Assembly (NCBI GenBank): GCA_038227875.1
Contig: JBBRPR010000001.1
Location: forward strand, 192,001 to 256,000
Reading direction: 5' to 3'
Source: Planctomycetota bacterium
GTDB taxonomy: Bacteria; Planctomycetota; SZUA-567; H5-PLA8
Length of the DNA: 64,000 nt
Shown: piece after piece, positions 7,894 through 18,878 of the stretch
Position numbering within the stretch: the stretch's first letter is position 1
Layout: each line of letters opens with the position of its first letter
Notes under the pieces: generated by a model
Told to the model about the DNA's origin: nothing
Databases searched by the model: none
Seen by the model: only the letters and a program-made list of their open reading frames with translations
Position numbers and translations under genes: made by a program

Positions 7894-10800
7894 ATGATTT
7901 TAAGTACGACTCAAGTTCGTTGCGCCATCTTCGTCTTCTTCTTTTCATCGTTATTGGTTTTGCCAGCGGCAAAGGCGGAAGTTAGCGATGCCTTTGCGGA
8001 TGGCGGAAAACTAAGAGACGTTTGGACGGAACAGCGCGCAGCAGCAGGTGTTGTCAGTTGCGCGCCGGGCGGTGTCACCCTGAAGGCTGAAGCGCAGACC
8101 GCCATCAGCATCAAACAAAATAATGCCGTCGTGGGGACGGACGATCATCCGTTGCTCGTCGGTGTTTTCATTTCGACGGAAGCTTCCAGTCTCATGCCTG
8201 GCCTTCATATTTATTGGGATAATGACAATCTCATTTCTTTGTTTGGCGTGCAGGATGAAAAATTTCGACTGAGTTGGCGCTCCAACGGAACGGCGTATGC
8301 GCAGGAACTTCCACTGTTCTGGAAGAACGCAGCGCAGACGGGCGTCTATGTGCGGGCACAACTCATCAGTCGAAACGTATTTGTTTCTCTCAGTCTGGAT
8401 GGTTGCAACTGGCGTCAAATTTACGTTTTGAACATGCGTCCCAAAACGGGTGTGGCGCCCAATCGGATCATTCTCGGCCGCGGCGCGATTGGCGCCAAAC
8501 CGGACCTGGCGAACGATGTTCCGGCTGCTGGTAACAAGGTCGTGCAATCGCTCTTCAGGGATTTTCAACTGTATGAAGGTCCAGAAACATTGCCGGCTGA
8601 GCCGTTCGCACTGGATCCGGCGGACTCATGGATCGAAGCAGTGGCGGCGCAGGAGGCCAAAGGCTTTCCGCGCAACTGGACGGTTTTGTCGCCGCATCCC
8701 GATCCCAAATTCGGATTGTTTTTTCGGAAACAGGCACTTGAGGCTGAAACTTCGGACCAGTGGAATGGGCTGAAGGATGAAGCGGGGAAGCCCTACAGTG
8801 AATCCAAGTCAATTACGCTGGGCGACGAAGAAAAAAACAAAAATAGTGTGGATATAGAAGATCTATTTACGCCGGCGACAGGAATTACATTCGCTCGCAC
8901 TGAATTTGAATCTCCGATTACTGGGCCAGCTCTGATTTGGATGAACACCAGCGGCATGGCGGCAATTTATGTCAATAATCGCCAAATCTATACCGATCGT
9001 GAAAACGAGCGGCCCCGAGGTCGTATTTGCGCAGCCGCCGCTTTGAAGAAGGGCGTCAATATCATCAAGGTGAAGCTGAGCAGCGAGCGTCCTCCGCTCC
9101 ATTTTTCATTGCGGGTGGAACGCAACGATGCGCTCTATCGCGTGCAATTTGTAGAGAAATTGGCTCAGCTTTATCCCACTGAAAATAGCTGGCGGCGGGC
9201 GGAGGCCCGCTTGGAATTGGCGCGCCGATATGAACAACTTGGCGATTATTCGACGGCATTGAAGGCGTGGAATTCGGCATTGCTTGCACCGGACGCCGAC
9301 GACGAAGCTCACGTCGCAGCTCTGGAAGGTAAATTGCGCCTATTGGAGAGCTTGCAACATTGGTCCGAATTGGCTCAGGCGGGAGACTCGCTACTTAATT
9401 CGCTTCCTGTCAACATTCGCCACAGCCGCGGTCCGTCTCAAGACCGTGCGTTCCGTGCGTGCGTGCTGGGTTGGCTGATGTCCAGTCAGCAACCCGCGGC
9501 ACAAGGATGTGTGGATCAGTGGCTTGCTCAGGTGGGCAAGGACGCCGTGGCGGCGGAATGGATTTTGCGGACCTGGGCGGCAGCGGCGGAGTCTGCAAAT
9601 TTGCCGAATTTAAAGATCGCGGCGCTCAATCAGCTCGCGCATTTATCGAAAGCAACACCGTTGATCCGCACGCGCGCAGCGTTCGAGGCGGCGTTGCTCC
9701 AGGCATCTCCCTCTCAAAAAACAGGCAATGGCGAAGACAACCTGAAGAACGCCAGTCTTGCGGCGCAGTCTGGTGTCCACGAAATTCTCACGGCAACAGG
9801 CGGGGGCGGCCCACAGCTGACCGAGTGGGCTCGGCAGGCGGATGAGGATTTCAAAGCCGGCAAGTTTGAGCGTGCTCTCGCTGGATATTGGGGCGTGGGC
9901 GTGATGGGTCTGCCACTCGTGGCGCATCCTGCTCAAACTGAATTTGTGCTGAACAAAGCATATGCGCTTCCGGAACTTGGCGTGGATCCGGCAACCCGGC
10001 AGCGACGCGAGTATTCAAACCAAGTGGAGCAGGATTCCTTCAAAATCTTCGATGCGGCCACGGGCGATGCGCCCTGGCAGGGCGCCGGCTGGCGGGCGAT
10101 AGGTCCTTTTGACAATACAAATGGGATCGCGGAGCGGACGGACCAGGGGCCGGAGAATGATGTCGATTTTACCGGTAAGCATCCCGGACGCGGCGGAGAG
10201 CGAGCGTGGTGTGACCTGAATCCCGCGGATCTGAATTACGGAGTTGGTCCCTACACCAAGGAAATCGGCGACGCGCGGGGTGGGGTGGTCTATCTGGGGC
10301 GGGAATTCCTGGTTCCTGGCAATGACGGCGGTCCGCCTGTTAATTTGACATTATTTTTGTCAGTCACAAGCGCATGGACTGTGTGGGTTGACGGTAAAAA
10401 GATTTCATCAATAAATGTCGACTATTATCAAATCGATAAGAATCAGATTCCACTTCAACTGTCTCCCGGTAAGCATCGATTTTTGCTGAAGGCGCCGGTT
10501 GTCAATCAGCTTTTATTCTCCGCGCGTTTCGGAATTGAGAAGGAGCCCGCCCGACAATTGCTTCGCGTGGCGTGGCTGCGGCGTGAGTTTCCACAGAACA
10601 CGATGGCGATTCAGTCGCTGATGGAATCCTGGAAGAACAGCCTGCCGATCGACACTTATGAAGCGTGCGCTCCGCTCGCATCGCTGGAACCCGGCACGCC
10701 GGAGTGGGGCGTCGCTCTGTACATGAACATTGTTTCCCGCAATGGGACCGGAGCAATCACCCTCGGAAAATGGCTGTTGGACAGAACAAATACAATTACG

Positions 10801-13800
10801 TTTTCGAATTCCGATCTGGCATGGCGAGTAAACCAGCTGTTGTTTGACGTGTACCGTAACCACTGCGATCTCGCGGACTGCGACGCATTGCTTGCGCAAT
10901 TCATCAATCGGCACCCGGAGCAACCCGAAGCAGCCGTCGCGCTGGCCTTGCGCGGAGCGGTGCGTCAGGATTTCAGGCTGGCACCCGAACTCGCGCGCCA
11001 TTACGTGCGATTGGTTTACGAATACCCCTGGTTAGTTGAAAATGGATACCACCATATTCTTGCCGGGTTGCATGGAGCCAGCACGTATGCACCGGATCGT
11101 CATTTGTTTGACGCCGAATCAAATGAACGGGCGCAAACTGCATTTGAAGCCGCCACACGCCAGATCCACGAAAAGCACGATGATGCTGCCAAGCATGCCC
11201 TTGAGGAGTTGCTCAGCAGCTTGCGTGCAGGCTCCGGCGGATTAATTCGCGTTGGCAATATGTACGCGAGCCCGCGGGAGGCATTGCGCCTGCTCGTATC
11301 AGCTTTGCCTGCGGAAATGCGCACATTTTATATCGAGCAGACTACGCATGACGCCGATTTGCAATTACTTCGCGCCAGTTCGGCAGGTACCGCGAGTGCC
11401 TACGAATCGGCGGAGGCGGACTTTCCATTTACAGAGGCCGGTGCGCAGTCCTTAAATCAGGCGGGAAATGTTTATCTGGACCGCGGCGCCTTTCAGGAAG
11501 CGAGCGCTGTCTTCTTCAGGCTTGCGCAGGACTATCGAGGATTAAATGGATTCTCTGCGCCAATTGTGCAGGCCAAGCTGGCATGGGCGCAAATCAAGAG
11601 CGGCGCGAAAGACGGCGCACTCGCTACGGCTCAGGAACTGGTCCAAAAATATGGCGCCGAGAAATTCAAGCTGGGTGGAAAGGAAGTATCAGGTTCCGAA
11701 TTCGCCGAACGCATTCAATTGGCTGCAAAGCAGTTGAACGATGCCGGCCGCTACGGCCTCACACATCTGGCCAACATTCAGCGCACGGGTCCGCCGGCTA
11801 CCGCCGGTTCAAGCGCCGCGCCGATGCTGGCCTTGCGCTGGGCGCTTCCGCTGTCACCTTCCGCTTCCATGGCACGTGCGCGGGAGACCTTTCCGCCCGA
11901 TCTATTTCCCCACATTCAATCCAATCCTGTGATTTCAGAGGGTCGCGTATTTATTGGCGCACAGGAATGGATCCAAGCCATCGACCTTAAGTCTGGTCGA
12001 ATGCTCTGGCGCGCTGATGGAGCTCTGCCCAGCTTTCCCACTTCACATACTTTTAGTGGATTTCCAGTAAGCAGTCCCACTGTTCAAAACGGGCGCGTCT
12101 ATCTGCGATTCAAAGAAATCGGTCAGTCCGAATTGCAATGCCGCGAAGCAGAAAGTGGGCGAGTTCTGTGGAACTCCGCTGCCATTCCAGAACTCAGCAA
12201 GGTGATCTGGCTCAACGATCCGGTGGTGACCGACGGTGTTGCTGCGGGCGTCTTTATCGAGCAAGGCGAATGGAATTGGAATTCGCACGGTATTGCCGCA
12301 ATCGACGCTCAGACGGGCAAACTGCGTTGGAAGCGGCACCTGGTTACGGGAATTACCGGCGTGACGGTATACCGGGATCAATCCAAGGACAGCTACGCGT
12401 CCTCTCTGCAATTGGGACCCGCAGCCGCCGACAAGGGACTTATCTATACACCGACGGGATTGAATTCCTTTGCCGCAGTTTATGCGCAAAGCGGCGACGT
12501 GGCATGGGCCGTAACCTATCCGCGGTTGGAGACAGGATATTTTGATAACGCCCTTTCCGGAGATCTGACGCGGCGCTTTAAGAAAGTGCTGGGACGCGGC
12601 CTCGTTTCTCCGATGGTCTGTGGCGATGTTGTGCTCTTCGCGCCGAAAGATAACACAGGGGTCATCGCGCTGGATCGAAGCACCGGCGCCACTCTTTGGC
12701 ACAAGGAATTGCAGGACAATCCATTTTTTTGCGGCGTGTGCGACGGCAATGCACTACTGGCAGACACTACCGTCCGAGCAGTTGCCACGAAGACCGGATG
12801 GACGGCATGGGAATCAACGCTCGAAGACGACGAACTCTTTGGCCAGCCGGGATTCGACGGCGGCATGATGTACGTTCCGGGACGGCGAGCGCTGCATTTC
12901 ATCGATGCGCGGAGCGGAAAGAAATTGGGCCGGATGGAGTGGGACCGGACGACGGGACCTCTCGCGGCGCTTCAGGTCGGTGGCACGTCAATCATCGGAG
13001 CAGGGGAGCACCTTGCTGCTGCACTGGAAATCGGACAGGCAATACCGAACGGTCCCGAAATCTCGCTGCTGGAGGCTCAAGCGCTCGCGCTTCATGGGAA
13101 TAGCGACGCGGCACTCGAGCGATTCGCGGCTGCGGCGAAGGCCTCGGCGAGCGACGAACTTCCGCGCTACCTGTCGGCATGGGTTCGCGCTGCTGCGTTG
13201 GCCGGTAAAGGCGAGGGCGCGCTGGCCGCGGCCCGCGAACTGCTTGCAGACAAGCCAGAGCAACTGGATTGCGCTTCCGTGGCGTGGTCTGTCTCGCGGA
13301 CGGCGCTGCTCGAGGGCCTGGCTGCGTTCGCGTCCGCTGCGCCGGCCAAAGCAGAGGTGGAATTGGGAATTCCAGCAGCACAACGCTCGGGGCCCTGGGT
13401 TACTGCCCGCTATTTTGAAGGCGACAATTGCGAAATCTTCGATCCGCCGGGGCCGCCATCGGGCCGGTTCTATTTCCGCGCGGGATCCTCTTTCTATTGT
13501 GTCAAAACCAACCCTTTAGCCGATCTGTTGTGGAGAACGAGTATTGGAAGCGATACGGCGATTTGCAAATTTGGCGCGGGCTACGTGTTGCTCGCCAGCG
13601 GAATTCATGTCACAATTCTTGACCGGTTGACCGGCGAACCTGTCTGGAAATTGGATCGCCCCTATTTCAATCGCAGTCTATTCAATTACATTGACGAACG
13701 TTCAATAACGGATGCTGCGATCGACAATGAGTCTCTCGTCCTGGTCCTGCGCGACGTTTTGTACGTCTACGACATGCGCACTCACGCCCTTCGCTGGACC

Positions 13801-16800
13801 AACGCGCGATCCACGCGTCGTTCGTTATGCGTGGACCTTATCGATGGAAAGCTCGCGGAGTTCACCAGTCCCGGACAAAACGATCAAGAAGGATTTCTGA
13901 CTCATTACGACCTCCAAAGCGGTGCGGTGATGACCACGGCCGCGATGGGAAAAGTCAACGAGAACGCGTGGGGCCGGTGTTCGGCCGATCACAAGTATTT
14001 TGTATTCCAGCCGAACAACCACACGCTGGTCTCGGTGGACGTGGTCAAATGCGCCAGGATCGGTGAAATTCAGGTGCCGCCATTGAATCCGGGCGAAACC
14101 CCTTGGATGCATGCCCGGTTTTCAGGCCACGTCCTGCGTTATTCCGGTTCGGAAAAGAACTGGATGACCGTCGGATTCGATGCGGAGACGGCCAAACAGG
14201 TTTACAAAATTCCGGGTCTTAATTTTGCAGTCGGGCAGAGCTTCGTCAAATTCGGCGGGGCGCAGAATGCAGAGACGCTCGTCCGCCTCGACGCTGATGC
14301 CGACGGCACACTCAAAGAAACGTGGCAAGGAGCTCCGCTGCCTGGCCATTTGGTGCAGAGCCACTACGCGCTGAACGCGGTGGTCCAGGACAACAAGGTA
14401 AACGTTTTCTTTGCACATGGATATCGCGGTGGAAACCGGTCGGATTTATTTGTGCTGCGCACATTTGATTGGGGCAGCGGACAGATGCAGTCCAATACCG
14501 TGGTGCCGGGAGTCGGATTCCGGAATCCGGGTTTATGGTATCGGGACTGTGTTGAATTTCCCGGCGGACTGATCGCTTACGGTGCGCTCGAAGGGGTTTA
14601 CGTGCTGGCACCGGCGGGTGCGGCGAAAGACGAGAGCGTATCCCACCTGCGCGAAGCGCTCGCAGATCCAAAGTTGCCCAGCACCAATCGGAAACAGGCT
14701 GCGCGGGAGTTGATGAGCCTGGATGCGCCAGTTCTGAAGGCATTCAACGTTCCGGCGTCGTCGCTTTCGAACGGCGTTTTTCTATCTCGCGGCACCACGT
14801 GGAATCCGGCCGACGCCGTTCCGATCGAAGGCCCAATCCAAGTCGTGCCGTTGAACGAATCGACAGCGAGCGACTGGAGTGGACCTGCTGACCTTTCTGC
14901 GAAGCTTTACGCGACGTGGAGCAGTTCTCACGTCATGATTGCGATCGACGTTCGGGATGATCACTTCGTTCCGCCGGCGCCCGGACTGCCGCTTCACAGC
15001 GGCGATAGCGTTCGCATTGCGCTCAATTCAAATGCGGATCCGGAAGCGCTCTTCGGCGTCTCCGATTCGATGATTTTCGACATGGCGCTGGTAGAGGGCC
15101 AGACAGTCGTGCGAACCTACGCCGACCGCGGCAATGAAATGACCGACCGGCCCCTGGGTCGCATCGCCAGCCTTCCAGACAATTCGGGGGTCCGATATGA
15201 GTTGGCGTTGCCGTGGAGCTTCCTGCGTCCCGACGCTCAGCACCGGCCAGGAAATTTGAAAGAGCTGCGGCTCTCGGCGGCTGTATATGACAACGACGGC
15301 CAGGGCACGCGGGATGCGCTGGAGTGGGGCGGTGGAATAGTCCATGCCGATAACAGACCAGCCTCGCTGCAGTTGCCGTCCATGGGCGTGCTGTCGCTGG
15401 TGGATGTCTCTCGCGACAAGATCGAACGCCTGCGTACCGTAATCGACAAGCTTCCCGATGCGCCGCAGATTCCGCATTTCCTGGATATGATCAATATGAC
15501 CAAGCGCGGCACGCAGGTGCTGCAGGATCAGGCAGCGGAAATGGAAGGATTCCTCAAGTCGCATCCCACCGCCCTCAATTGCAACCGGGCGCTCAGCCGA
15601 TTGATTTACGTCCATGAGAAAATGGGTGACAAGGATGCTGCGGGGAAGGCTCTGGAATCCGCCAAGGCGGCGCGGTGTTCAACCGAGACGCTGGCGGATG
15701 CGGCAAAAGTTTTCCGAGTCTGGGTGATGCCGGGCGAAAAGAACCCTCCACAAATGATCATGGTTCAATTTAAGAGCAACGAAAAGCCGCAGCGGGGCGA
15801 ACCGCCGGTGGCGCGAGGTTATTGGGGCGTCGTTGCCGAAAGAATGGGGCACGAGGACACCCCGTCTCAGAAGCGATTGGGCTCGATGCCCAAGCCAGGG
15901 CAGTGGACACTGCTGGAGATTCGGGCGATCGATCTGGAGATCGAATCGTGGGACATGGCGTCCATTACCTTTTCTGTCTCAGGTGGACAAGCCTGGTTTG
16001 ATCGCGCCTCCATCTCTGCCGATGGCAAGGAATCGGTGCTGATCGAAAACGCGCTGGGTTCGCAATATAAACTTGAGGGTCCGCTCCAGTTTTCAGACAC
16101 GCCTAAACGCGCCGATGCCAAACCGTTTACGCTGGGTGTTTCAACTCACCTGACGAATGCGACGCTCACAGCTGCAGGTCCTGTCTTCAGCTTCCGCTCA
16201 GCTGCTGCGAAGAGCGGTCGCGCATTGGATCCCGCGTTGTTGCGAGAAGCGGCTGGGATTCTTTCGGATGCGCCGGAGGGGCTTTTGTTCCTGAAGCAAA
16301 TTCTGGAGGCGTACGGCTCCGAAGCGGCTGCGCGGAAAAACTACATCGACGAATGTGAGAATTATCTCGTCGCCAACCCGGGCACGATACACGCCGTGGT
16401 CATACTGAAGGATTTTCTCATGCGCGCGTACGGGGAGAACGCGCTGCAAAAATGTGAAGCCGCAATGGAAAAGGCAAGACTGCCTCGTGCAACCCAACGA
16501 GAGTTCCATCGCGAGGTCTCACCAGCGTGGACGTCGTATCAGATCTTCGGTCCCTTTCCTGCTGAAGGTGGCCAGCCCGCCAACGGCGGAAAAATTCGCC
16601 CTGACGGTGAGTTGGATTTACATGGCACGGGTATCGGAATTGGCAATCAGACTGTAAGCTGGACGCGCTTTGGTATCGACGATCCGAAAAGTAACGGATA
16701 CGTCAACTTAAGCCCCCTGATCAAGTCGGCCTCCGATGCCGCCAACCTCGATGCCGAAGCGAAAGAGCGGCTGTTGTCGGGCTGTTGCGCGTACGCTTAT

Positions 16801-17070
16801 CTTGAAGTCACCGTGCCCAGCCGGCGGAACGCAGTGCTCTTTTTCGGCGCGCATGATTCCATCAGCATCTGGGTCAACAAAAAGAAAGAGGTGTCGGACG
16901 CCAGCAACGGTGGATACAAGGACATGACCTCAAAAGACACCGTACTGAATGCCGGAGTGAACAAGATTGTGATTCTGTGCAGCGGACGCGACAACCGTCT
17001 CGGCTTCTTCTTCAGGATTGCAGACGAAAACGGCCGGCCGTTCGATGACCTCACGCTGCAAAAAAATTAA
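7894..17070 (+). CDS. Giant (~3058 aa) secreted multidomain protein: repeated beta-sandwich modules, TPR-like helices, PQQ/BamB-like beta-propeller repeats, CBM9-like domain
   Basis: Uninterrupted 9.2-kb ORF; AGGAG RBS before ATG 7894; signal peptide ending AKA|EV; repeats such as AIDLKSGRMLW, AIDAQTGKLRW, ALDRSTGATLW; DLSAKLYATW..IDVRDD..GDSV..YELALPW. Confidence 0.85.
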   Translation: MILSTTQVRCAIFVFFFSSLLVLPAAKAEVSDAFADGGKLRDVWTEQRAAAGVVSCAPGGVTLKAEAQTAISIKQNNAVVGTDDHPLLVGVFISTEASSLMPGLHIYWDNDNLISLFGVQDEKFRLSWRSNGTAYAQELPLFWKNAAQTGVYVRAQLISRNVFVSLSLDGCNWRQIYVLNMRPKTGVAPNRIILGRGAIGAKPDLANDVPAAGNKVVQSLFRDFQLYEGPETLPAEPFALDPADSWIEAVAAQEAKGFPRNWTVLSPHPDPKFGLFFRKQALEAETSDQWNGLKDEAGKPYSESKSITLGDEEKNKNSVDIEDLFTPATGITFARTEFESPITGPALIWMNTSGMAAIYVNNRQIYTDRENERPRGRICAAAALKKGVNIIKVKLSSERPPLHFSLRVERNDALYRVQFVEKLAQLYPTENSWRRAEARLELARRYEQLGDYSTALKAWNSALLAPDADDEAHVAALEGKLRLLESLQHWSELAQAGDSLLNSLPVNIRHSRGPSQDRAFRACVLGWLMSSQQPAAQGCVDQWLAQVGKDAVAAEWILRTWAAAAESANLPNLKIAALNQLAHLSKATPLIRTRAAFEAALLQASPSQKTGNGEDNLKNASLAAQSGVHEILTATGGGGPQLTEWARQADEDFKAGKFERALAGYWGVGVMGLPLVAHPAQTEFVLNKAYALPELGVDPATRQRREYSNQVEQDSFKIFDAATGDAPWQGAGWRAIGPFDNTNGIAERTDQGPENDVDFTGKHPGRGGERAWCDLNPADLNYGVGPYTKEIGDARGGVVYLGREFLVPGNDGGPPVNLTLFLSVTSAWTVWVDGKKISSINVDYYQIDKNQIPLQLSPGKHRFLLKAPVVNQLLFSARFGIEKEPARQLLRVAWLRREFPQNTMAIQSLMESWKNSLPIDTYEACAPLASLEPGTPEWGVALYMNIVSRNGTGAITLGKWLLDRTNTITFSNSDLAWRVNQLLFDVYRNHCDLADCDALLAQFINRHPEQPEAAVALALRGAVRQDFRLAPELARHYVRLVYEYPWLVENGYHHILAGLHGASTYAPDRHLFDAESNERAQTAFEAATRQIHEKHDDAAKHALEELLSSLRAGSGGLIRVGNMYASPREALRLLVSALPAEMRTFYIEQTTHDADLQLLRASSAGTASAYESAEADFPFTEAGAQSLNQAGNVYLDRGAFQEASAVFFRLAQDYRGLNGFSAPIVQAKLAWAQIKSGAKDGALATAQELVQKYGAEKFKLGGKEVSGSEFAERIQLAAKQLNDAGRYGLTHLANIQRTGPPATAGSSAAPMLALRWALPLSPSASMARARETFPPDLFPHIQSNPVISEGRVFIGAQEWIQAIDLKSGRMLWRADGALPSFPTSHTFSGFPVSSPTVQNGRVYLRFKEIGQSELQCREAESGRVLWNSAAIPELSKVIWLNDPVVTDGVAAGVFIEQGEWNWNSHGIAAIDAQTGKLRWKRHLVTGITGVTVYRDQSKDSYASSLQLGPAAADKGLIYTPTGLNSFAAVYAQSGDVAWAVTYPRLETGYFDNALSGDLTRRFKKVLGRGLVSPMVCGDVVLFAPKDNTGVIALDRSTGATLWHKELQDNPFFCGVCDGNALLADTTVRAVATKTGWTAWESTLEDDELFGQPGFDGGMMYVPGRRALHFIDARSGKKLGRMEWDRTTGPLAALQVGGTSIIGAGEHLAAALEIGQAIPNGPEISLLEAQALALHGNSDAALERFAAAAKASASDELPRYLSAWVRAAALAGKGEGALAAARELLADKPEQLDCASVAWSVSRTALLEGLAAFASAAPAKAEVELGIPAAQRSGPWVTARYFEGDNCEIFDPPGPPSGRFYFRAGSSFYCVKTNPLADLLWRTSIGSDTAICKFGAGYVLLASGIHVTILDRLTGEPVWKLDRPYFNRSLFNYIDERSITDAAIDNESLVLVLRDVLYVYDMRTHALRWTNARSTRRSLCVDLIDGKLAEFTSPGQNDQEGFLTHYDLQSGAVMTTAAMGKVNENAWGRCSADHKYFVFQPNNHTLVSVDVVKCARIGEIQVPPLNPGETPWMHARFSGHVLRYSGSEKNWMTVGFDAETAKQVYKIPGLNFAVGQSFVKFGGAQNAETLVRLDADADGTLKETWQGAPLPGHLVQSHYALNAVVQDNKVNVFFAHGYRGGNRSDLFVLRTFDWGSGQMQSNTVVPGVGFRNPGLWYRDCVEFPGGLIAYGALEGVYVLAPAGAAKDESVSHLREALADPKLPSTNRKQAARELMSLDAPVLKAFNVPASSLSNGVFLSRGTTWNPADAVPIEGPIQVVPLNESTASDWSGPADLSAKLYATWSSSHVMIAIDVRDDHFVPPAPGLPLHSGDSVRIALNSNADPEALFGVSDSMIFDMALVEGQTVVRTYADRGNEMTDRPLGRIASLPDNSGVRYELALPWSFLRPDAQHRPGNLKELRLSAAVYDNDGQGTRDALEWGGGIVHADNRPASLQLPSMGVLSLVDVSRDKIERLRTVIDKLPDAPQIPHFLDMINMTKRGTQVLQDQAAEMEGFLKSHPTALNCNRALSRLIYVHEKMGDKDAAGKALESAKAARCSTETLADAAKVFRVWVMPGEKNPPQMIMVQFKSNEKPQRGEPPVARGYWGVVAERMGHEDTPSQKRLGSMPKPGQWTLLEIRAIDLEIESWDMASITFSVSGGQAWFDRASISADGKESVLIENALGSQYKLEGPLQFSDTPKRADAKPFTLGVSTHLTNATLTAAGPVFSFRSAAAKSGRALDPALLREAAGILSDAPEGLLFLKQILEAYGSEAAARKNYIDECENYLVANPGTIHAVVILKDFLMRAYGENALQKCEAAMEKARLPRATQREFHREVSPAWTSYQIFGPFPAEGGQPANGGKIRPDGELDLHGTGIGIGNQTVSWTRFGIDDPKSNGYVNLSPLIKSASDAANLDAEAKERLLSGCCAYAYLEVTVPSRRNAVLFFGAHDSISIWVNKKKEVSDASNGGYKDMTSKDTVLNAGVNKIVILCSGRDNRLGFFFRIADENGRPFDDLTLQKN

Positions 17071-18050
17071 GTGCGTTCCAGGAATGCGAGATTGCAAATG
17101 ACGGCGCCGCTTGAAACCAGTGCGCAGCCAATCCAGATCCGGGCATCGAGCGTGACGCCAAGAACAAGGCTGGAGATCACTGTCGACAGCACGGGCGTGA
17201 GGTAGCTTGCCGATGCGATCATCAGCAGGTTGCCCTTCCGCACTGCGTGTTCCCAGAAAATGGTGCTAAGCAGGAGCGGAAATATGACGTTCGCCGCCAG
17301 CATCAAACCAATGGATGGCGACCAGTGAGACTCTTCATGCACCGTCAGCCTCAACGCCAACAGCACGATTCCCGTTGAGAGTATGAATAACGGCACCGCG
17401 CTTCCCTCGCCCGTATGCAAGAGCCTTGAAAAATTGGTGTAGAGTCCCCAGGAGATGGCGGCGACGAGCGCCGCCACGATCGGAAACGCGTTGCTGCTTA
17501 GAATCGCCATCAATTCGCTGATGCCGAAGGTCTGACCCGAAGTTGCGGCCAGCATGATGCCCAGAATCGCCAGAGCGATACCCGGCGCGAGAAACCATCT
17601 GGCTCGCTTTCCGAGAATGGGAATCGAAAAAACAAAGACCAGCGCCGGCCAGAGATAATTGACCAACCCCACCAGAATCGTGGTCCGACGATCGTGCGCG
17701 AATCCGATCGCCATATAAAGTCCGACGGTATACGACATGAAAAGTGAACCGCAGATCAGCAAGTACCGGCGCGGCAGCGCCAGCATGCGTTGCACTCCGT
17801 TGGGCCGGCTCGCGACGATCGCACAAGAGAAGATTCCGCCGATTAAATACACCAGGGCGGCCGTGGTAAATCGGCCGAGACTTTCTGAGAGCGACCGCGA
17901 GATGGATACGGTCGAACTCCAGAAAACCAGGCTGCAAAAGCCGAGGATCGTGCTGGTACGTGTGGAGTCAATGGCGAACCTACGGTGGAAACTTGGCGTG
18001 ATGCTGTCTCCGCGTTGGAAGGGCTCTGCTTGCAAAGGGCGTGCATTCAC
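17067..18050 (-). CDS. DMT/EamA-family transporter, YddG-like
   Basis: About 10 TM helices; FWSSTV, GLVNYLWPAL, SYLTPVLS; start uncertain. Confidence 0.85.
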   Translation of the reverse strand: MNARPLQAEPFQRGDSITPSFHRRFAIDSTRTSTILGFCSLVFWSSTVSISRSLSESLGRFTTAALVYLIGGIFSCAIVASRPNGVQRMLALPRRYLLICGSLFMSYTVGLYMAIGFAHDRRTTILVGLVNYLWPALVFVFSIPILGKRARWFLAPGIALAILGIMLAATSGQTFGISELMAILSSNAFPIVAALVAAISWGLYTNFSRLLHTGEGSAVPLFILSTGIVLLALRLTVHEESHWSPSIGLMLAANVIFPLLLSTIFWEHAVRKGNLLMIASASYLTPVLSTVISSLVLGVTLDARIWIGCALVSSGAVICNLAFLERT

Positions 18051-18062
18051 CCCGCAAAAGCC

Positions 18063-18818
18063 TTATCTCCGAACACCCCCGAATAGAGCCAACTCAAAAA
18101 CTTTAAAATAGCAGTCCACCTCCTGATATCCGGTCTCGCGCAACCATTGACATTGCACCTCAACCGGCGCGAGGATGTTGGCTGCTTTGTCGGGACGGTG
18201 ATAGTACTCGCGCCCCACTTCATCGCGTGTCCTTCCGCCTCCGTTTGCCTTATGAAAAGCATAAAGGGAATCGACGAACAGTTCGTCAAAGGCGCCTTCG
18301 ACCCAGGGAGTAGCAGAAGCGACGTGCTCCAGATTAAGAAAAATGCCGCCTGGAGAAAGCAGCCCAAAAATCTCAGCGTAAAGTTCGCGTTTGCGCGCGT
18401 CCGGCTGGTGATGAATTGAGAACCCTGAAACGATTGCGTCATACGGTCCAAACCGTTCGAACGCTTTCGTCCAACTCGGCGTGCCGTAGTCGCATTCCAC
18501 AAAGACATGCTTCTCAGCGCTGTCCGCGAATCTCGCCTTCGCGGCAGCAAGCATCGGCGGCGAAAAGTCGGAGAATACGCCTGACGCCTGCGGAAACCGG
18601 TGGAGCAGCGCGGCGCCAAGAATTCCGTCCCCGCAACCCAGGTCCAGAAAATTCCGCAGTTGAGGTTGCGCCTTCGCCGTGAGTCGCACCAGCAATTCGA
18701 GTTGCTCCGCAGCCAGCGGAATCGCCCCGCGTACTCCGGACAGGAATCGCCGTGTCAGTTTATCGGTTTTCCAAACGTCTGCTTTGGACATCGCAATTCC
18801 TGGTATTGCTGAAGACAT
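18063..18818 (-). CDS. Class I SAM-dependent methyltransferase
   Basis: FLDLGCGDG, DFSPPML, DAIVSGFSIHH, LSPGGIFLN. Confidence 0.9.
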   Translation of the reverse strand: MSSAIPGIAMSKADVWKTDKLTRRFLSGVRGAIPLAAEQLELLVRLTAKAQPQLRNFLDLGCGDGILGAALLHRFPQASGVFSDFSPPMLAAAKARFADSAEKHVFVECDYGTPSWTKAFERFGPYDAIVSGFSIHHQPDARKRELYAEIFGLLSPGGIFLNLEHVASATPWVEGAFDELFVDSLYAFHKANGGGRTRDEVGREYYHRPDKAANILAPVEVQCQWLRETGYQEVDCYFKVFELALFGGVRR

Positions 18819-18878
18819 GTCGAAAGTTTATTCGGATTCTAAATGCGGGTTTGAAATAGGACAGCTTTCGCGAATGCG

